From Paramoeba atlantica (lineage: Eukaryota > Protista > Discosea): DNA of 64,000 nt. Positions within the stretch are counted from its first letter, which is position 1. Each line of letters opens with the position of its first letter. The stretch spans positions 1 through 64,000 of the forward strand of contig CDRNVI010000036.1 in assembly GCA_977017575.1 (NCBI GenBank), in the 5' to 3' direction. Below the pieces are notes generated by a model. The model worked only from the letters and a program-made list of their open reading frames with translations. It was not told where the DNA came from and searched no databases. Shown here piece after piece: positions 10,431-20,656 of this stretch. Position numbers and translations under genes: made by a program.

Positions 10431-10935
10431 TAACCAAAAAATCATTTTTTTGACCAAACAAAAAGTAAGAATATTATTTTTCCGAAATCGACTCCTAAAA
10501 TGTATTTTAAGAGTTTTGGACCTCAGCTACCATTCTGCGACGTCTTTTTTTTTTGACAGATTCGCCTCCTGCCCCTACTGGTAAGGCATCAAAAACTGTC
10601 CAAATTCGGGTTAAAATTTCGCATTTTTCGCCGAAAAATCGAGCTTTTTTACCCCCCAAAATAGATTATTTATGATCTTTTGACGATTTTTCTTTTTTAG
10701 GCTCTTCGTTAAACGCGGCGTTTTCAACGCGAAGCGCGCAGCATGAGTGACTTCTAAGTTGAAAACAACCACCGCGTTTAGCGAAGAGTCTAACAAATTT
10801 ATTACTGTGTTCCTCTTTATATTTTCACTGTTTTTATTCACTTTTTTTTCCAATAATCGAGGGTAGAGCGGTAGTTGTACAACCACCGCAATTTATTTTA
10901 TGATGAAGTTATTCTAAAATTCTAAAACAAGTCAC

Positions 10936-12036
10936 CTAAAAATTGAAGCGCATCATCCGTAATTGCGACATTGTAGATGTGGCCTGATCAAGCTGGTCCA
11001 TTGAGTATCGTGTTCGTTCTGGAGGTAGAAAACCCCACTGTAGCAACCATAGGTCGTGCCCACTGGCTCTTGATGGGTATAGCGTATTTGACGTTTCCAA
11101 GGGATCCATGTCGCTATAAGCAATTTCGATCATCTCCCTTGGTAAAATTTTGCGTAGCGCGTATGTGTGCATGTAAGATTCGCTAAGCCTAGATAACGGA
11201 ACTCCATTCATATAATTTTCTATGACATCAACTACTCGCGTTCCAGTTGAGGCAGGCATTGTGCTGTGTGCATTTGGAGTGCTGCAGTGATTAAAAAAGT
11301 CTGCGTACGGTATAATATAGGTAGAGAATTTACGACCAAGGGCAGTGCTGAAGGCCCACTTTCTTGTATCCAATGAAGTGCTTTTAGAAAAGTATCCCAT
11401 TTTTTGTTCAACGGCGAACTGAATCCTGTTCAAAAAATTTAAGCCACCGGAGCTGCTTAATTCCTTTTTACTCAAATAAGGACCGTTTCTAATTGCAGGA
11501 GACTTCTCCAAGTTTAAAGTTGCGTATTCAGGGCAGCTGCTCTGTAAATATGAGCGATATGTAGACAACCTTGTAAAATTTTCACTACAAATGAGACGCG
11601 CAAGGCGGCATGAAAAATCGAAACTTCCCCTAATCCTAAGGGTTGAACGTTTACATGAAGGTTTAATTGAGAGAGATAAAGGAAAGGAACAGATGGGTTT
11701 TCCGGGGAGCACAATTTGTTTTCCAACATTTAACCAACCAATGCCACCGAATCGGTCAGTATCCAGCGCAATTCCTTCATGGAGCAGAATACCGGCATTG
11801 TGCGCTTCTTGCGTCATGGTATGAAGGAAAGATTTTGAAGTGTAACTATTACAGCAAAAACGACTACTTTGTGTCCGTGTTTCTCTTAGTCTTCTAATGT
11901 CACATTTCAGAACATCAGCTATGAATGTCTCATCTAACGTAAGGCCTTTATTTGTGCAGTGTAAGGTATCTATGAAGCAGTTCAGATTATTCCGTGCCTC
12001 GGACACAACCTGCTCATACGACCTCGTTGGTATCAT
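10936..12036 (-). CDS. SET-domain lysine methyltransferase (Rubisco-LSMT/SETD3-6-like)
   Basis: IPYADFFNH..PNA, ALRKILPREMIEIAYS, LWLLQWGF. Confidence 0.75.
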   Translation of the reverse strand: MIPTRSYEQVVSEARNNLNCFIDTLHCTNKGLTLDETFIADVLKCDIRRLRETRTQSSRFCCNSYTSKSFLHTMTQEAHNAGILLHEGIALDTDRFGGIGWLNVGKQIVLPGKPICSFPLSLSIKPSCKRSTLRIRGSFDFSCRLARLICSENFTRLSTYRSYLQSSCPEYATLNLEKSPAIRNGPYLSKKELSSSGGLNFLNRIQFAVEQKMGYFSKSTSLDTRKWAFSTALGRKFSTYIIPYADFFNHCSTPNAHSTMPASTGTRVVDVIENYMNGVPLSRLSESYMHTYALRKILPREMIEIAYSDMDPLETSNTLYPSRASGHDLWLLQWGFLPPERTRYSMDQLDQATSTMSQLRMMRFNF

Positions 12037-12356
12037 AGTCAGATTCCTTAGTTTCGAAGTTTGAGGAAAACCAGATTGTGTGGAGATTTGATTCTCAGAA
12101 AAGCGACTTCATAATGTTTGGTAAAGCAAAAATAGATTTTTTATACTATTTTTCTAGAATACAGAACGAGATGAGAATTATTTAAGATAACATTAGAAAA
12201 ATCTACACTAAAATAAGAGTACTACTACTGAAGTGAGCACTAATCATTTCGAAGAGAAAGTAGAAAATAGTACAGGTTAACTTGAGCACAAAAAGGATGA
12301 AGGAATAACATACATGTACATGTAAATGTATGTTGTACATCTAAATGTGAGCTGTG

Positions 12357-12794
12357 TCAAAAATGATCAAAAGAAGAGACAAATCCAGGATGTATCCTCC
12401 CAATGTTCGCTTTGGAATCACTACAGCTGCGATCATGAGGTGTAACGCCCATACTTTGCTGAGCAGGTTCCTGTGGCCAATCTTCGTCGTAACTTGCTGA
12501 AGTAGAATCGGTGACGATAAGAGTCTCAGAAGAATTTTTTAAGTCACGTAAACGTCCATCTTCATAATAGGAAATATCATCAATTGATTCACACTTGCTT
12601 TCTTCCTCTACAACAGAATTTTCATTCTCAATATCGTTATCTTGCACCAGCGTGCACAACAAATTACACCCCCTATTCACAGGACCAGGAAATGAATACG
12701 CACCTAGAAGAAGAAAAAACGTAGCACTTAGGACCATTTTGAAGAACGACATCATGCTAAGACAACAATTCGGTGGTACGTTGCTCTCATACAT
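12357..12794 (-). CDS. Hypothetical protein, possible signal peptide
   Basis: 145-aa ORF on the coding strand; hydrophobic N-terminus followed by an acidic region. Confidence 0.45.
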   Translation of the reverse strand: MYESNVPPNCCLSMMSFFKMVLSATFFLLLGAYSFPGPVNRGCNLLCTLVQDNDIENENSVVEEESKCESIDDISYYEDGRLRDLKNSSETLIVTDSTSASYDEDWPQEPAQQSMGVTPHDRSCSDSKANIGRIHPGFVSSFDHF

Positions 12795-13153
12795 AGATCA
12801 TACGTACAGAGAACACAGGTTGAAAAGCTACACTAAAAACACAGTTGAAAACTTTTCGCCAAACTAATGTGATTACGAACGAACAGATAAAAATAGATAA
12901 AAGCATGCGCGTATATACACAGCCATCTTGATTGACAGAACAAAGAAAATTTCTTTATTGTCAATAATTTCATAAAGAAATTACAAGGCAGTCATAGTAT
13001 GACTACCACGATGGTCTTTCAGTACCGAATCTTTTATGTGGACCTGCTTGCCTATAAACAAATAGTATCATCGTGACCGACACAATTAGTAAATGTGAGC
13101 GAGATTACAATGCCATGTACTGAGTAAAATCAAGGTCTCAATATCAAAAAGCC

Positions 13154-14359
13154 TTAAAAATTTGATAGAGAATGTGTATGATCTTGTGGCAGATAATCGA
13201 GTAAATAAGCAACTAATTCTTTTACTATCATGTCGTAATTTAAAACGGGAGCAATGGAGAAAGAACAAAGTAGTCGAGATGTGAGTGTATTCCACAGTAT
13301 TTCATTCTCCTGTCGCTTCAACACTAATGCATGCTTTGCCAAACGAGGATCGTTGTAGCATCTAAGATGCTTTGAGCTATCCCGTGCGGTTTGCGAGAAA
13401 TTTTCTTTTGAGTCAGAATCATTGGATTCGCTTGCATAGTTATCCACTGCTTCTTCTGTGGACGATGTGAACGATATATCGTATACCTCAAGAAGTGTTT
13501 GGAGAACTCTGTGGTATGCCTTTCGACTCAAAGGATTTTCAAAGATTTCGTAGTAGTCTTCGAGTGTGATCAAATCCTTAGATGTAGGCATCCCTGGAAG
13601 AGGAAGGATCCGTGAGATAAGAGAAAATGGTTCCGGATGATTTACGAGCCAGCTCCACACATTCGCGCGAACCTGCGTCAAAAAAACTTTATGTATGGTT
13701 TGTTTTATTGCTGAGCCGTTCTGCGTAGAAATTCCTCCAAAAAATTCTGCGAGGCAATATTTCTGTACCTTTTGGTGTTCTATATGTCTGGCTTCCAGAC
13801 TTCTCGGTATATTATTGGCACGATGCTTGCGTTCTGTGGGTCCATGTGCGCCGAGAAGAAAGTCCTCCAATTGCTTTTGTAAATTCCACAACGCCATCTT
13901 TCTATTTTCATGTAGAGACCTAAACTTACTGCATCGCACTCGAATGCCAGTATTGAGGTGATGAAGGGTTACTGCATTTTTGCATTTATTTCGCGCACCT
14001 CCACCTGGACCTGACCCAAGTGACACGTGTTCTTCTACTTCCTTATCAAAGTCAAAAGTAACGGAGCGCCGCAAAATGTCGTTGCGAAATGGGCAAGGTA
14101 AGTTAGGCATAACTCTATAGGTATTTTCGTGCCTTAGAAAATAGTATGTAATTGGAACGCATATTCCCGTAAAAGCTGACCTCTCCACGTGAGAGCATTT
14201 GTGTCTTTGAAAAGTACACCATAACCGTGAATCATGTAGTATGCGTTTGAGGCTTCCGCGCTGCAAAGTCATGCTATGAACAGGAGAATTGACAATTTTC
14301 CATAATAATATGGTTCTAGAGAAATTACATAGGAAGAGGCTTACATGTCGGTGGGTCAA
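13154..14359 (-). CDS. RF-1 (peptidyl-tRNA hydrolase) domain protein, C12orf65/ICT1-like, with GGG in place of GGQ
   Basis: EEHVSLGSGPGGGARNKCKNAVTLHHLNTGIRVRCSKFRSLHENRKMA; start codon uncertain. Confidence 0.75.
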   Translation of the reverse strand: MTHRHVSLFLCNFSRTILLWKIVNSPVHSMTLQRGSLKRILHDSRLWCTFQRHKCSHVERSAFTGICVPITYYFLRHENTYRVMPNLPCPFRNDILRRSVTFDFDKEVEEHVSLGSGPGGGARNKCKNAVTLHHLNTGIRVRCSKFRSLHENRKMALWNLQKQLEDFLLGAHGPTERKHRANNIPRSLEARHIEHQKVQKYCLAEFFGGISTQNGSAIKQTIHKVFLTQVRANVWSWLVNHPEPFSLISRILPLPGMPTSKDLITLEDYYEIFENPLSRKAYHRVLQTLLEVYDISFTSSTEEAVDNYASESNDSDSKENFSQTARDSSKHLRCYNDPRLAKHALVLKRQENEILWNTLTSRLLCSFSIAPVLNYDMIVKELVAYLLDYLPQDHTHSLSNF

Positions 14360-14511
14360 AAAAAGCGTGTTTGTAAGGATACAATTTTACGAAATACAAG
14401 GTCATATCTCCGAGCAGATTGCTTGCGGTACAAATAACCCAAGTTACATATTAAGAAGAAAACTAATGAGCTTACTCCATTGTCGCGGGCCGGTCATCTT
14501 ACGGTATAAGG

Positions 14512-14808
14512 TCATTGACTAAATGCCTCGCTAACTCGAAACACAGGTTCCTCCTCCGTCGCGAAATATGGTTCATGCAAACGCTCCAGTAATTGACATC
14601 TCACGCGTTCGGTATTCGTATTCGTTGAGGTTGCTATGTACATTGTAGAGGGAAGAAAAAGCAGCAGGTGCGACAGCTGATCTCGTTGATGCTGACAAGC
14701 AAGTTCTTGTGCGGTAGTGTCGGGATGGCCAGTGCCGCTGACTTTGTGTATGAGATGAGCAGTGTGATGCGAATGAGGCTGTCCAGGACGAATAAACGGA
14801 TCCGCCAT
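14512..14808 (-). CDS. SF3B5: Splicing factor 3B subunit 5 (SF3b10/Ysf3)
   Basis: GTGHPDTT...QRD...RVRCQLLE; 98-aa size matches the family. Confidence 0.75.
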   Translation of the reverse strand: MADPFIRPGQPHSHHTAHLIHKVSGTGHPDTTAQELACQHQRDQLSHLLLFLPSTMYIATSTNTNTERVRCQLLERLHEPYFATEEEPVFRVSEAFSQ

Positions 14809-15214
14809 ATATTTATACAGAGATACTTAAAAGAAACTTTAAATTTCAAGAGAGTAAAACTAGAGGATTTTTACCTAAAAAAGCAGAAATCAGAACATTC
14901 TTATAACTATTGCGATGATGGGGCTTTTAAATATCGGAAAGTGTCGGACGATGAATCCCTTTGCCTGTTTTTCTTTTTCAATCTTTTCATTGAGCATGTA
15001 ACTATGAGGTTCTAAAAAACAAATATCATCGAATCACTTACTAGTGCAATAATTTGTTATCGGTAATTGGAATGTTCCCTACAAAAACTTTCGTACAAGA
15101 GAATTGTAGTATTTTTGTATGATACTTCACCTAATACATTTTAATATCCATTTCGTATGATTATACAATGTGCTTTAGTCTGTATCCTAATATGTACGAA
15201 CTCTATTTTTTCCC

Positions 15215-16942
15215 TTACACGGCTCGTTTGCAACTGTACAACAGGTTTTTGAGGGCGATTTGTTCCTTTTCCGATTTCATGCTGTTCATGCGGGATTGGT
15301 AGTGCTGCAGAAAGATCGACGTATGCGTTTTTAGCATGGCGTTTAACTCATTTTGAAGGACTGGGGAATTCAGTGTCAGTATTCGAATAATGTAATTGAG
15401 GTCATTTAGATACATGTAGAAGAATCTGTTTTTAGCTGCCCCGTAGAGTATGCCCAAGTCTTTGTTCACAAGTAGATACTCATAGAATTTCACGTACTGC
15501 AACTTTACATCATCCATGTACCCGTGAAGACATGCATAAAGAGACACTAAAGCATGCATAAAATAGGACGGCCCCTTCTGATTGAACAACGCCACAAAGC
15601 GCGCACCACGAATCATGGGGATCGTCATCACCTGCTGTCCTCCAACGGAATCGCTAGCAAGTTTTCGGTACTCAGCCAATATCTTCTTCAGATCACCTGC
15701 AATCTTTTTCATCGCCACATTTTGAGCATTGGAACCTACCCGGGAGACAGAGAGCCCAATGTTCACAGCGGGACGTTGTCCCCCGGTGAACAACTTCGTA
15801 TCAAGATAGATCTGACCGTCCGTGATAGAAATCACATTGGTCACAATGTACGCCGTGACGTCGTTGGACAATGTCTCCACTACAGGCAGCGCCGTCAGCG
15901 AGCCTCCTCCTTTCCCGGGGGACAACATCGCCGCACGCTCCAGCAACCGGGAGTGGAGATAAAACACATCTCCGGGGTACGCCTCACGTCCCGGAGGTCG
16001 TCGCAGCAGCAGGGAGAGCTGGCGGTATGCCACAGCCTGCTTCGAGAGGTCGTCGTAAACGACCAGACAGTGTCGTCCACGATGCATGAAGTATTCCCCC
16101 ATCGTGACCCCACTGTAAGGCGCAAGGAACTGCAGACCCGCCGGCTCGGCAGCGGTGGCAGCCATGATAGTGGTGTAGCGCAGAGCACCGTAGCTGCTGA
16201 GGAGCCGGTGGATACGAGCCACATTGGAGCAACGCTGGCCGACGGAGACGTAGATGGACAACACAGCGTTCTTGGACAGAATCTGACGATTCACGCGGAC
16301 CTGATTGATAATCGTGCTCACTGCCAAAGAGGTCTTTCCGGTCTGACGATCCCCCACGATGAGCTCTCGCTGGCCTCGACCTACCGGAATAAGCGTGTCT
16401 ACGCTCTTAAAGCCTGTAAGGAGGTTGTAGTTCACAGGAGAACGCGATACAATATTCGGCGCATTGGTATCCACACGACCCATTTCCTTGTCGCCCGCAA
16501 AGGACACCGTTGCGTCGTCCTCATTTCCCGTGGGAATCTCATGACCTAGCGGGTTGACTACTTTCCCAAGCACACTGAACCCACAGGGGATGGAGAGAAG
16601 CTCACCACTGGCGGTTACTTTCTGCCCGGACTTGACCTCGTGAATGTTATCCATGAGAATAATACCCACACGTCCATCCTTCTCCAAGTTGAACACAAGA
16701 CCCGATGCGGCAAGATTCGCCCGTACGTGGATCTCAATAATGGTGTTGTACGCCACCCCCGAGCTTCCCGGAGAGGGAAGCACCGTGGCAATGGTGCCGT
16801 CAATGCTGTGAATATGTCCGATTAACTCACTGGAGGTCACCGCCTTACCGGCTGCACGTGCCACCGAGGGATTCGTCAGACGTCGTATGGGAAACGCCAG
16901 GGAAAAAGGCGCGCGAAAAAACGGAAGTGAGAAACGTCGCAT
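15215..16942 (-). CDS. ATP1: Mitochondrial F1-ATP synthase alpha subunit, kinetoplastid type
   Basis: GDRQTGKT, PPGREAYPGDVFYLHSRLLERAA, and the kinetoplastid-type C-terminus LKNLLYSCKRAV. Confidence 0.98.
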   Translation of the reverse strand: MRRFSLPFFRAPFSLAFPIRRLTNPSVARAAGKAVTSSELIGHIHSIDGTIATVLPSPGSSGVAYNTIIEIHVRANLAASGLVFNLEKDGRVGIILMDNIHEVKSGQKVTASGELLSIPCGFSVLGKVVNPLGHEIPTGNEDDATVSFAGDKEMGRVDTNAPNIVSRSPVNYNLLTGFKSVDTLIPVGRGQRELIVGDRQTGKTSLAVSTIINQVRVNRQILSKNAVLSIYVSVGQRCSNVARIHRLLSSYGALRYTTIMAATAAEPAGLQFLAPYSGVTMGEYFMHRGRHCLVVYDDLSKQAVAYRQLSLLLRRPPGREAYPGDVFYLHSRLLERAAMLSPGKGGGSLTALPVVETLSNDVTAYIVTNVISITDGQIYLDTKLFTGGQRPAVNIGLSVSRVGSNAQNVAMKKIAGDLKKILAEYRKLASDSVGGQQVMTIPMIRGARFVALFNQKGPSYFMHALVSLYACLHGYMDDVKLQYVKFYEYLLVNKDLGILYGAAKNRFFYMYLNDLNYIIRILTLNSPVLQNELNAMLKTHTSIFLQHYQSRMNSMKSEKEQIALKNLLYSCKRAV

Positions 16943-17131
16943 GGAAACTCAGAAGGAAATAAAAAGAAGCGCAATATTTATGAAATTAGAGGGTTTAGAT
17001 AGCCGCACTCACGAAAAAGATCGTCAAAAATCCGATTATCAAGGTCGTTCCCTTTGATAAAACATTGAAAGTAGAAGCGAGGGAAAGTGAGAAATAAATG
17101 TGATAAGGTTATGAAGTTATCAACTTTATCT

Positions 17132-19222
17132 CTAACTGAAAAGAGCATGAGGAGATGACGCTCGAAACTCGTTATTTTGCCGGAATTGAGCTATGCCCTC
17201 TCTTAAAGCTACCGTACGCGTTGTATGCTCTAGCAAAAGGGCATCAAGTGCATCGACGTAGTGATGAAAAGAGCATTGTTTCTGTTCTAAGGCAGCAAGG
17301 TGACCCATTTCTGCTTTGGTCCGCTCCAGCATTTCATCGATATAGTGGCGATGTGATAAGACCAATCCTTCTTGATCGCTTGAAATACTGTAGCGTTGTG
17401 AAGAATCACGACGCGAACATTCTGACAATGCAGAACACGTGCTATCTCGGGGGCGTGGAGAATTTTCGAGTGAAGGTTCATCGAAGTGAAAACTATTAAC
17501 AGTGTTTCTATGTGAAGAAGTGGGGGGATCCCGAACCGTGAGAAGTGAATTGCGCCTATTCTGAGAAACGGTAGATCGTGTGGTTCGAATTTGCTCTCCA
17601 TGAATACTCAGTCTAGATTTACAGGAAAGCCTCTGACGAGGCTCTTGGCGTGTGTTGGAATAAGGACTTCCTTTGGGACGAGAAGAACGTAATCCCTCTT
17701 CGAAACCGCGCGATGTTAATGGTGGTCTATGTCCTACAGTTGGACGTGTCCGTGGTTCGTATCGCTCGGATTGAACGACTTCCGTGGGTACTTGCCCAAC
17801 CATGCATTCTCCAGTCGGCTCTGATCCGATCTTCCTCAATTCCTTCACTCGATCAGCATACCTTAGTGTATTTAATGTATGCTCCGAGCTAGATGATGCG
17901 GGGCTAACATTACCGATCATCACTGTACGAGAGTTTCCAGCAAAAGAGTCTCTCAAAACGGCGGTAAGCTTAGATCCCCTAAAAGGCACATGCCGATGCC
18001 CTTGGTCGAGTGACCGGATGCACTCCTTCAGGGCAAGCAATGATCGGTTGATCTCCGATCCTTCCATTCGTGTCTGTCTGTCGGAATCCAAGGTATCAGC
18101 TCCGCGTTCGCTTCCGGCCAAATCTATGAAGGAAAAGCGTCCGAATACGTCAGAGTCATCCTGTCGTAAGTTTATTCTCAATATTGCGTGACTACGTGAA
18201 GAGTCTGCGTTCATTCCTGTTGTGCCAGATGCGCGAGTGCAGTTACCATACGCCACAACTTCCATAAGTTGTTCCGGGCTGTCGATTCGGTGCTCAGAAA
18301 GACCTACAATGTTAACCACCCCTTTTCCGTCTTCTCGGCAGTGGAGTGCATTACGTTCGTTCAGAAGATCGTATAACTTGCCAGAGTATATCTCAAAAAA
18401 GCTAGACGTCACATATAACGTGCTGCCAAGTTGTGACCAAATATCTCGTGCGGCCTGAAAATAGATACCGTGATCCTCACCTTTCCCCAGCATAGTGTGT
18501 GTTTTTCCACTTCCTGTTTGACCGTATGCGAAGCAAGTTGCATGTCCCCCTGACATGACGGTTTCTACCAGAGGTCGTGCAGTCCTTCGATAAACTTCCG
18601 CATTATCGACGTCCTCGCAGATCACTTCATCAAAGTTAAAGTGATGGCGATCCAAGTATTTGCTCATGTCGACTCGGTGTTTCGTCTCCACGAGAGTAAG
18701 AGAAGTGTCGTTTTCCGTGAAAATAATATCCTCGTGACCGGTCATTCGTTCTTCAGTACTCAGCGGTCGCTTACGTATGGCAACCGTAATTCGGCTCCGA
18801 CGCTTTTGAGGTATGGCACGTTCTGAACTACATGCATTCGACATCATGGTAGATACGCTATCTTCCGAAATCGTCTTATTGGGATGACGAAACGGACTCG
18901 GAGAACTTTGAATGGCTTCACTGTTTCGGGGTGTCTCTTGGATGTCTCTGAAGTCAGTTTTTTTTTCTGCACTAACGAAATATTCATTTGAAGAATTATC
19001 CGGTACGCCAGATGCAGTGTGATGCTTTCTTTTACGCTTCAAATTTTGAATCGTGTCAAAAAGCTTGCGTCGGTCCGTCACAGATGTCACCCCAACCATG
19101 GGGTAATCCTGCATGGTGAGTTGTGTGATATTGTCTTCGTCTACTCCACGTTGGAGAAATAAGTCGTGAAAATCGTGTAAACCTGCGTCCTCTAAAATAT
19201 CCTGCAGCATATCGTGGATCAA
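17132..19222 (-). CDS. Kinesin-13 (MCAK-like) with N-terminal SAM domain
   Basis: SAM-like N-terminus; VAIRKRPL, KHRVDMSKYLDRHHFNFD, GQTGSGKT, SSRSHA, FIDLAGSER. Confidence 0.93.
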   Translation of the reverse strand: MIHDMLQDILEDAGLHDFHDLFLQRGVDEDNITQLTMQDYPMVGVTSVTDRRKLFDTIQNLKRKRKHHTASGVPDNSSNEYFVSAEKKTDFRDIQETPRNSEAIQSSPSPFRHPNKTISEDSVSTMMSNACSSERAIPQKRRSRITVAIRKRPLSTEERMTGHEDIIFTENDTSLTLVETKHRVDMSKYLDRHHFNFDEVICEDVDNAEVYRRTARPLVETVMSGGHATCFAYGQTGSGKTHTMLGKGEDHGIYFQAARDIWSQLGSTLYVTSSFFEIYSGKLYDLLNERNALHCREDGKGVVNIVGLSEHRIDSPEQLMEVVAYGNCTRASGTTGMNADSSRSHAILRINLRQDDSDVFGRFSFIDLAGSERGADTLDSDRQTRMEGSEINRSLLALKECIRSLDQGHRHVPFRGSKLTAVLRDSFAGNSRTVMIGNVSPASSSSEHTLNTLRYADRVKELRKIGSEPTGECMVGQVPTEVVQSERYEPRTRPTVGHRPPLTSRGFEEGLRSSRPKGSPYSNTRQEPRQRLSCKSRLSIHGEQIRTTRSTVSQNRRNSLLTVRDPPTSSHRNTVNSFHFDEPSLENSPRPRDSTCSALSECSRRDSSQRYSISSDQEGLVLSHRHYIDEMLERTKAEMGHLAALEQKQCSFHHYVDALDALLLEHTTRTVALREGIAQFRQNNEFRASSPHALFS

Positions 19223-19650
19223 TCAGAGTAACGATCAAAAGAAGCTTTGAACTTATAAAGATATTTTTTTTCAGTGGTTTTACGCGCTACGGTAGTATCT
19301 GTAATAAAATGGATTAGCTTAGCATGCGTAACGTAGTTGATAAATCATACACGTACATCTTGGTTATGACCTTTATATCAATGTAGATGTTGATTAAAAA
19401 CGGGTTACTTTATTTTAGAAAATCTACGTTGAATCATTGTGCGATGCCCAGCGTACATAGCCCATTTCCTTTTGCTTGGAAAGAAAGAAAAATATACCCT
19501 GTATGATCACAGAAAAATGAAATTCGGTGTGCGTATAATGTGTTTTTCCTCCTCGACTGACGTCGTAGAAGAGAAATGATAAACTACTAAGTTACCTACT
19601 TCCCCATAAGAATTTCCAAAAAAAATCCAAAATTAATATTTTTGCGTGAC

Positions 19651-20415
19651 TTATAGTTTACTATTAATCGGTTCCTTCTGGTTACCTATTTGGGAGGGAG
19701 AAAATGCCATAATCGATGAGAAATATTCTAGCTGCTGCTGGCAATGATTGGCGACTACATCTGGGGCGTGTGTGCCGTCAAGGTGAATGAAATGTGGTGC
19801 ACATCGATACGGAGTGTGATCCAGCGTGAGATCGGGACCTCCAAACCGAGAGGTCCCGCGTCGTAGTTCGTGTATAATTTCGCGTAGATTCCTCTCATAG
19901 GAGGCAAGACGACGGCGGATGGTCTCCGGAAAATCATCCGGGCGCTGTCGCAACCGTTCCTGTATCTTTTTCTCCGATGGCATGTTAGTCTTTAAGTTGT
20001 AGATCTTACCCGTTACCGGATCCAGCCGGCGGTTTGTTAAACGACTCACCAAGCATTCCGCGGGGACATGTAACACAATGACAATGTCCACCGAGAGTTG
20101 TAGTCCTTTGACTTGATTCGGAGTTCGAGGAATCCCATCAAGGATAAAGCCGCGAGATTGGCAATCCGGTTGTGAAACACGCTGATGTATCAGAGAGGTT
20201 ACGACATCGTCCGGGACTAGCGATCCCTGTCGCATTTTTGACTCCACTTGTTTGCCTAATTCAGTTCCTTTGCTGATTTCAGCTCGCAACAAGTCTCCAG
20301 TGGAGAGATGTACATAACGTTGGGCTAACGTATCGCACAAGGTCCCTTTTCCGCCTCCTGGCGGACCAATCACTATAATGTGTGGAGCATTAACTTCGGG
20401 GCTTTGTTCTGACAT
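19651..20415 (-). CDS. ADK: Adenylate kinase
   Basis: GPPGGGKGT, HLSTGDLLR, GFILDGIPRT, RRLDPVTG lid. Confidence 0.92.
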   Translation of the reverse strand: MSEQSPEVNAPHIIVIGPPGGGKGTLCDTLAQRYVHLSTGDLLRAEISKGTELGKQVESKMRQGSLVPDDVVTSLIHQRVSQPDCQSRGFILDGIPRTPNQVKGLQLSVDIVIVLHVPAECLVSRLTNRRLDPVTGKIYNLKTNMPSEKKIQERLRQRPDDFPETIRRRLASYERNLREIIHELRRGTSRFGGPDLTLDHTPYRCAPHFIHLDGTHAPDVVANHCQQQLEYFSSIMAFSPSQIGNQKEPINSKL

Positions 20416-20656
20416 GAGTGGAAACTCGGTATAGGAAACAATCTAGCACTTAATTCAGCGATATTTGGTGTTAAAATGAATGAAAGCAAAACACCCCATT
20501 TTTTTACACTAGCGATATTCCTGTATGATAGCGAAATACAAACCAAAGTAAAGCGCATCATTAGTACTTCACAGGGTTAGTATTCCAATTCGTGAAAAAC
20601 AAAAATGTACTTTTTTTTGTACTCGTTATTTTGCAGTTGTAAGATCCCCAATCTCA

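Larger units (their letters stand above)
9600..10890 (-). repeat. Dispersed hairpin-headed repeat, copy 2 (inverted, interrupted by a MITE; hairpin at ~10692-10793)
   Basis: Reverse complement of copy 3, with a plus-oriented terminal piece at 10801-10890. Confidence 0.9.

Noticed and set aside
8534-10886. Short ORFs over the repeat cluster (e.g. 8765-8971, 10611-10886, 49217-49582)
   Set aside because: Low-complexity translations of the non-coding repeat; frames are not conserved between copies.
13760-13772. TTTCTGTACCTT partial SL-core match
   Set aside because: Short, on the non-coding strand inside a CDS, and lacks the rest of the SL.
15554-16549. Long plus-strand ORF (and others such as 30827-31243, 34066-34638, 47310-47843)
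   Set aside because: Antisense shadows of GC-rich minus-strand genes with clear motifs.
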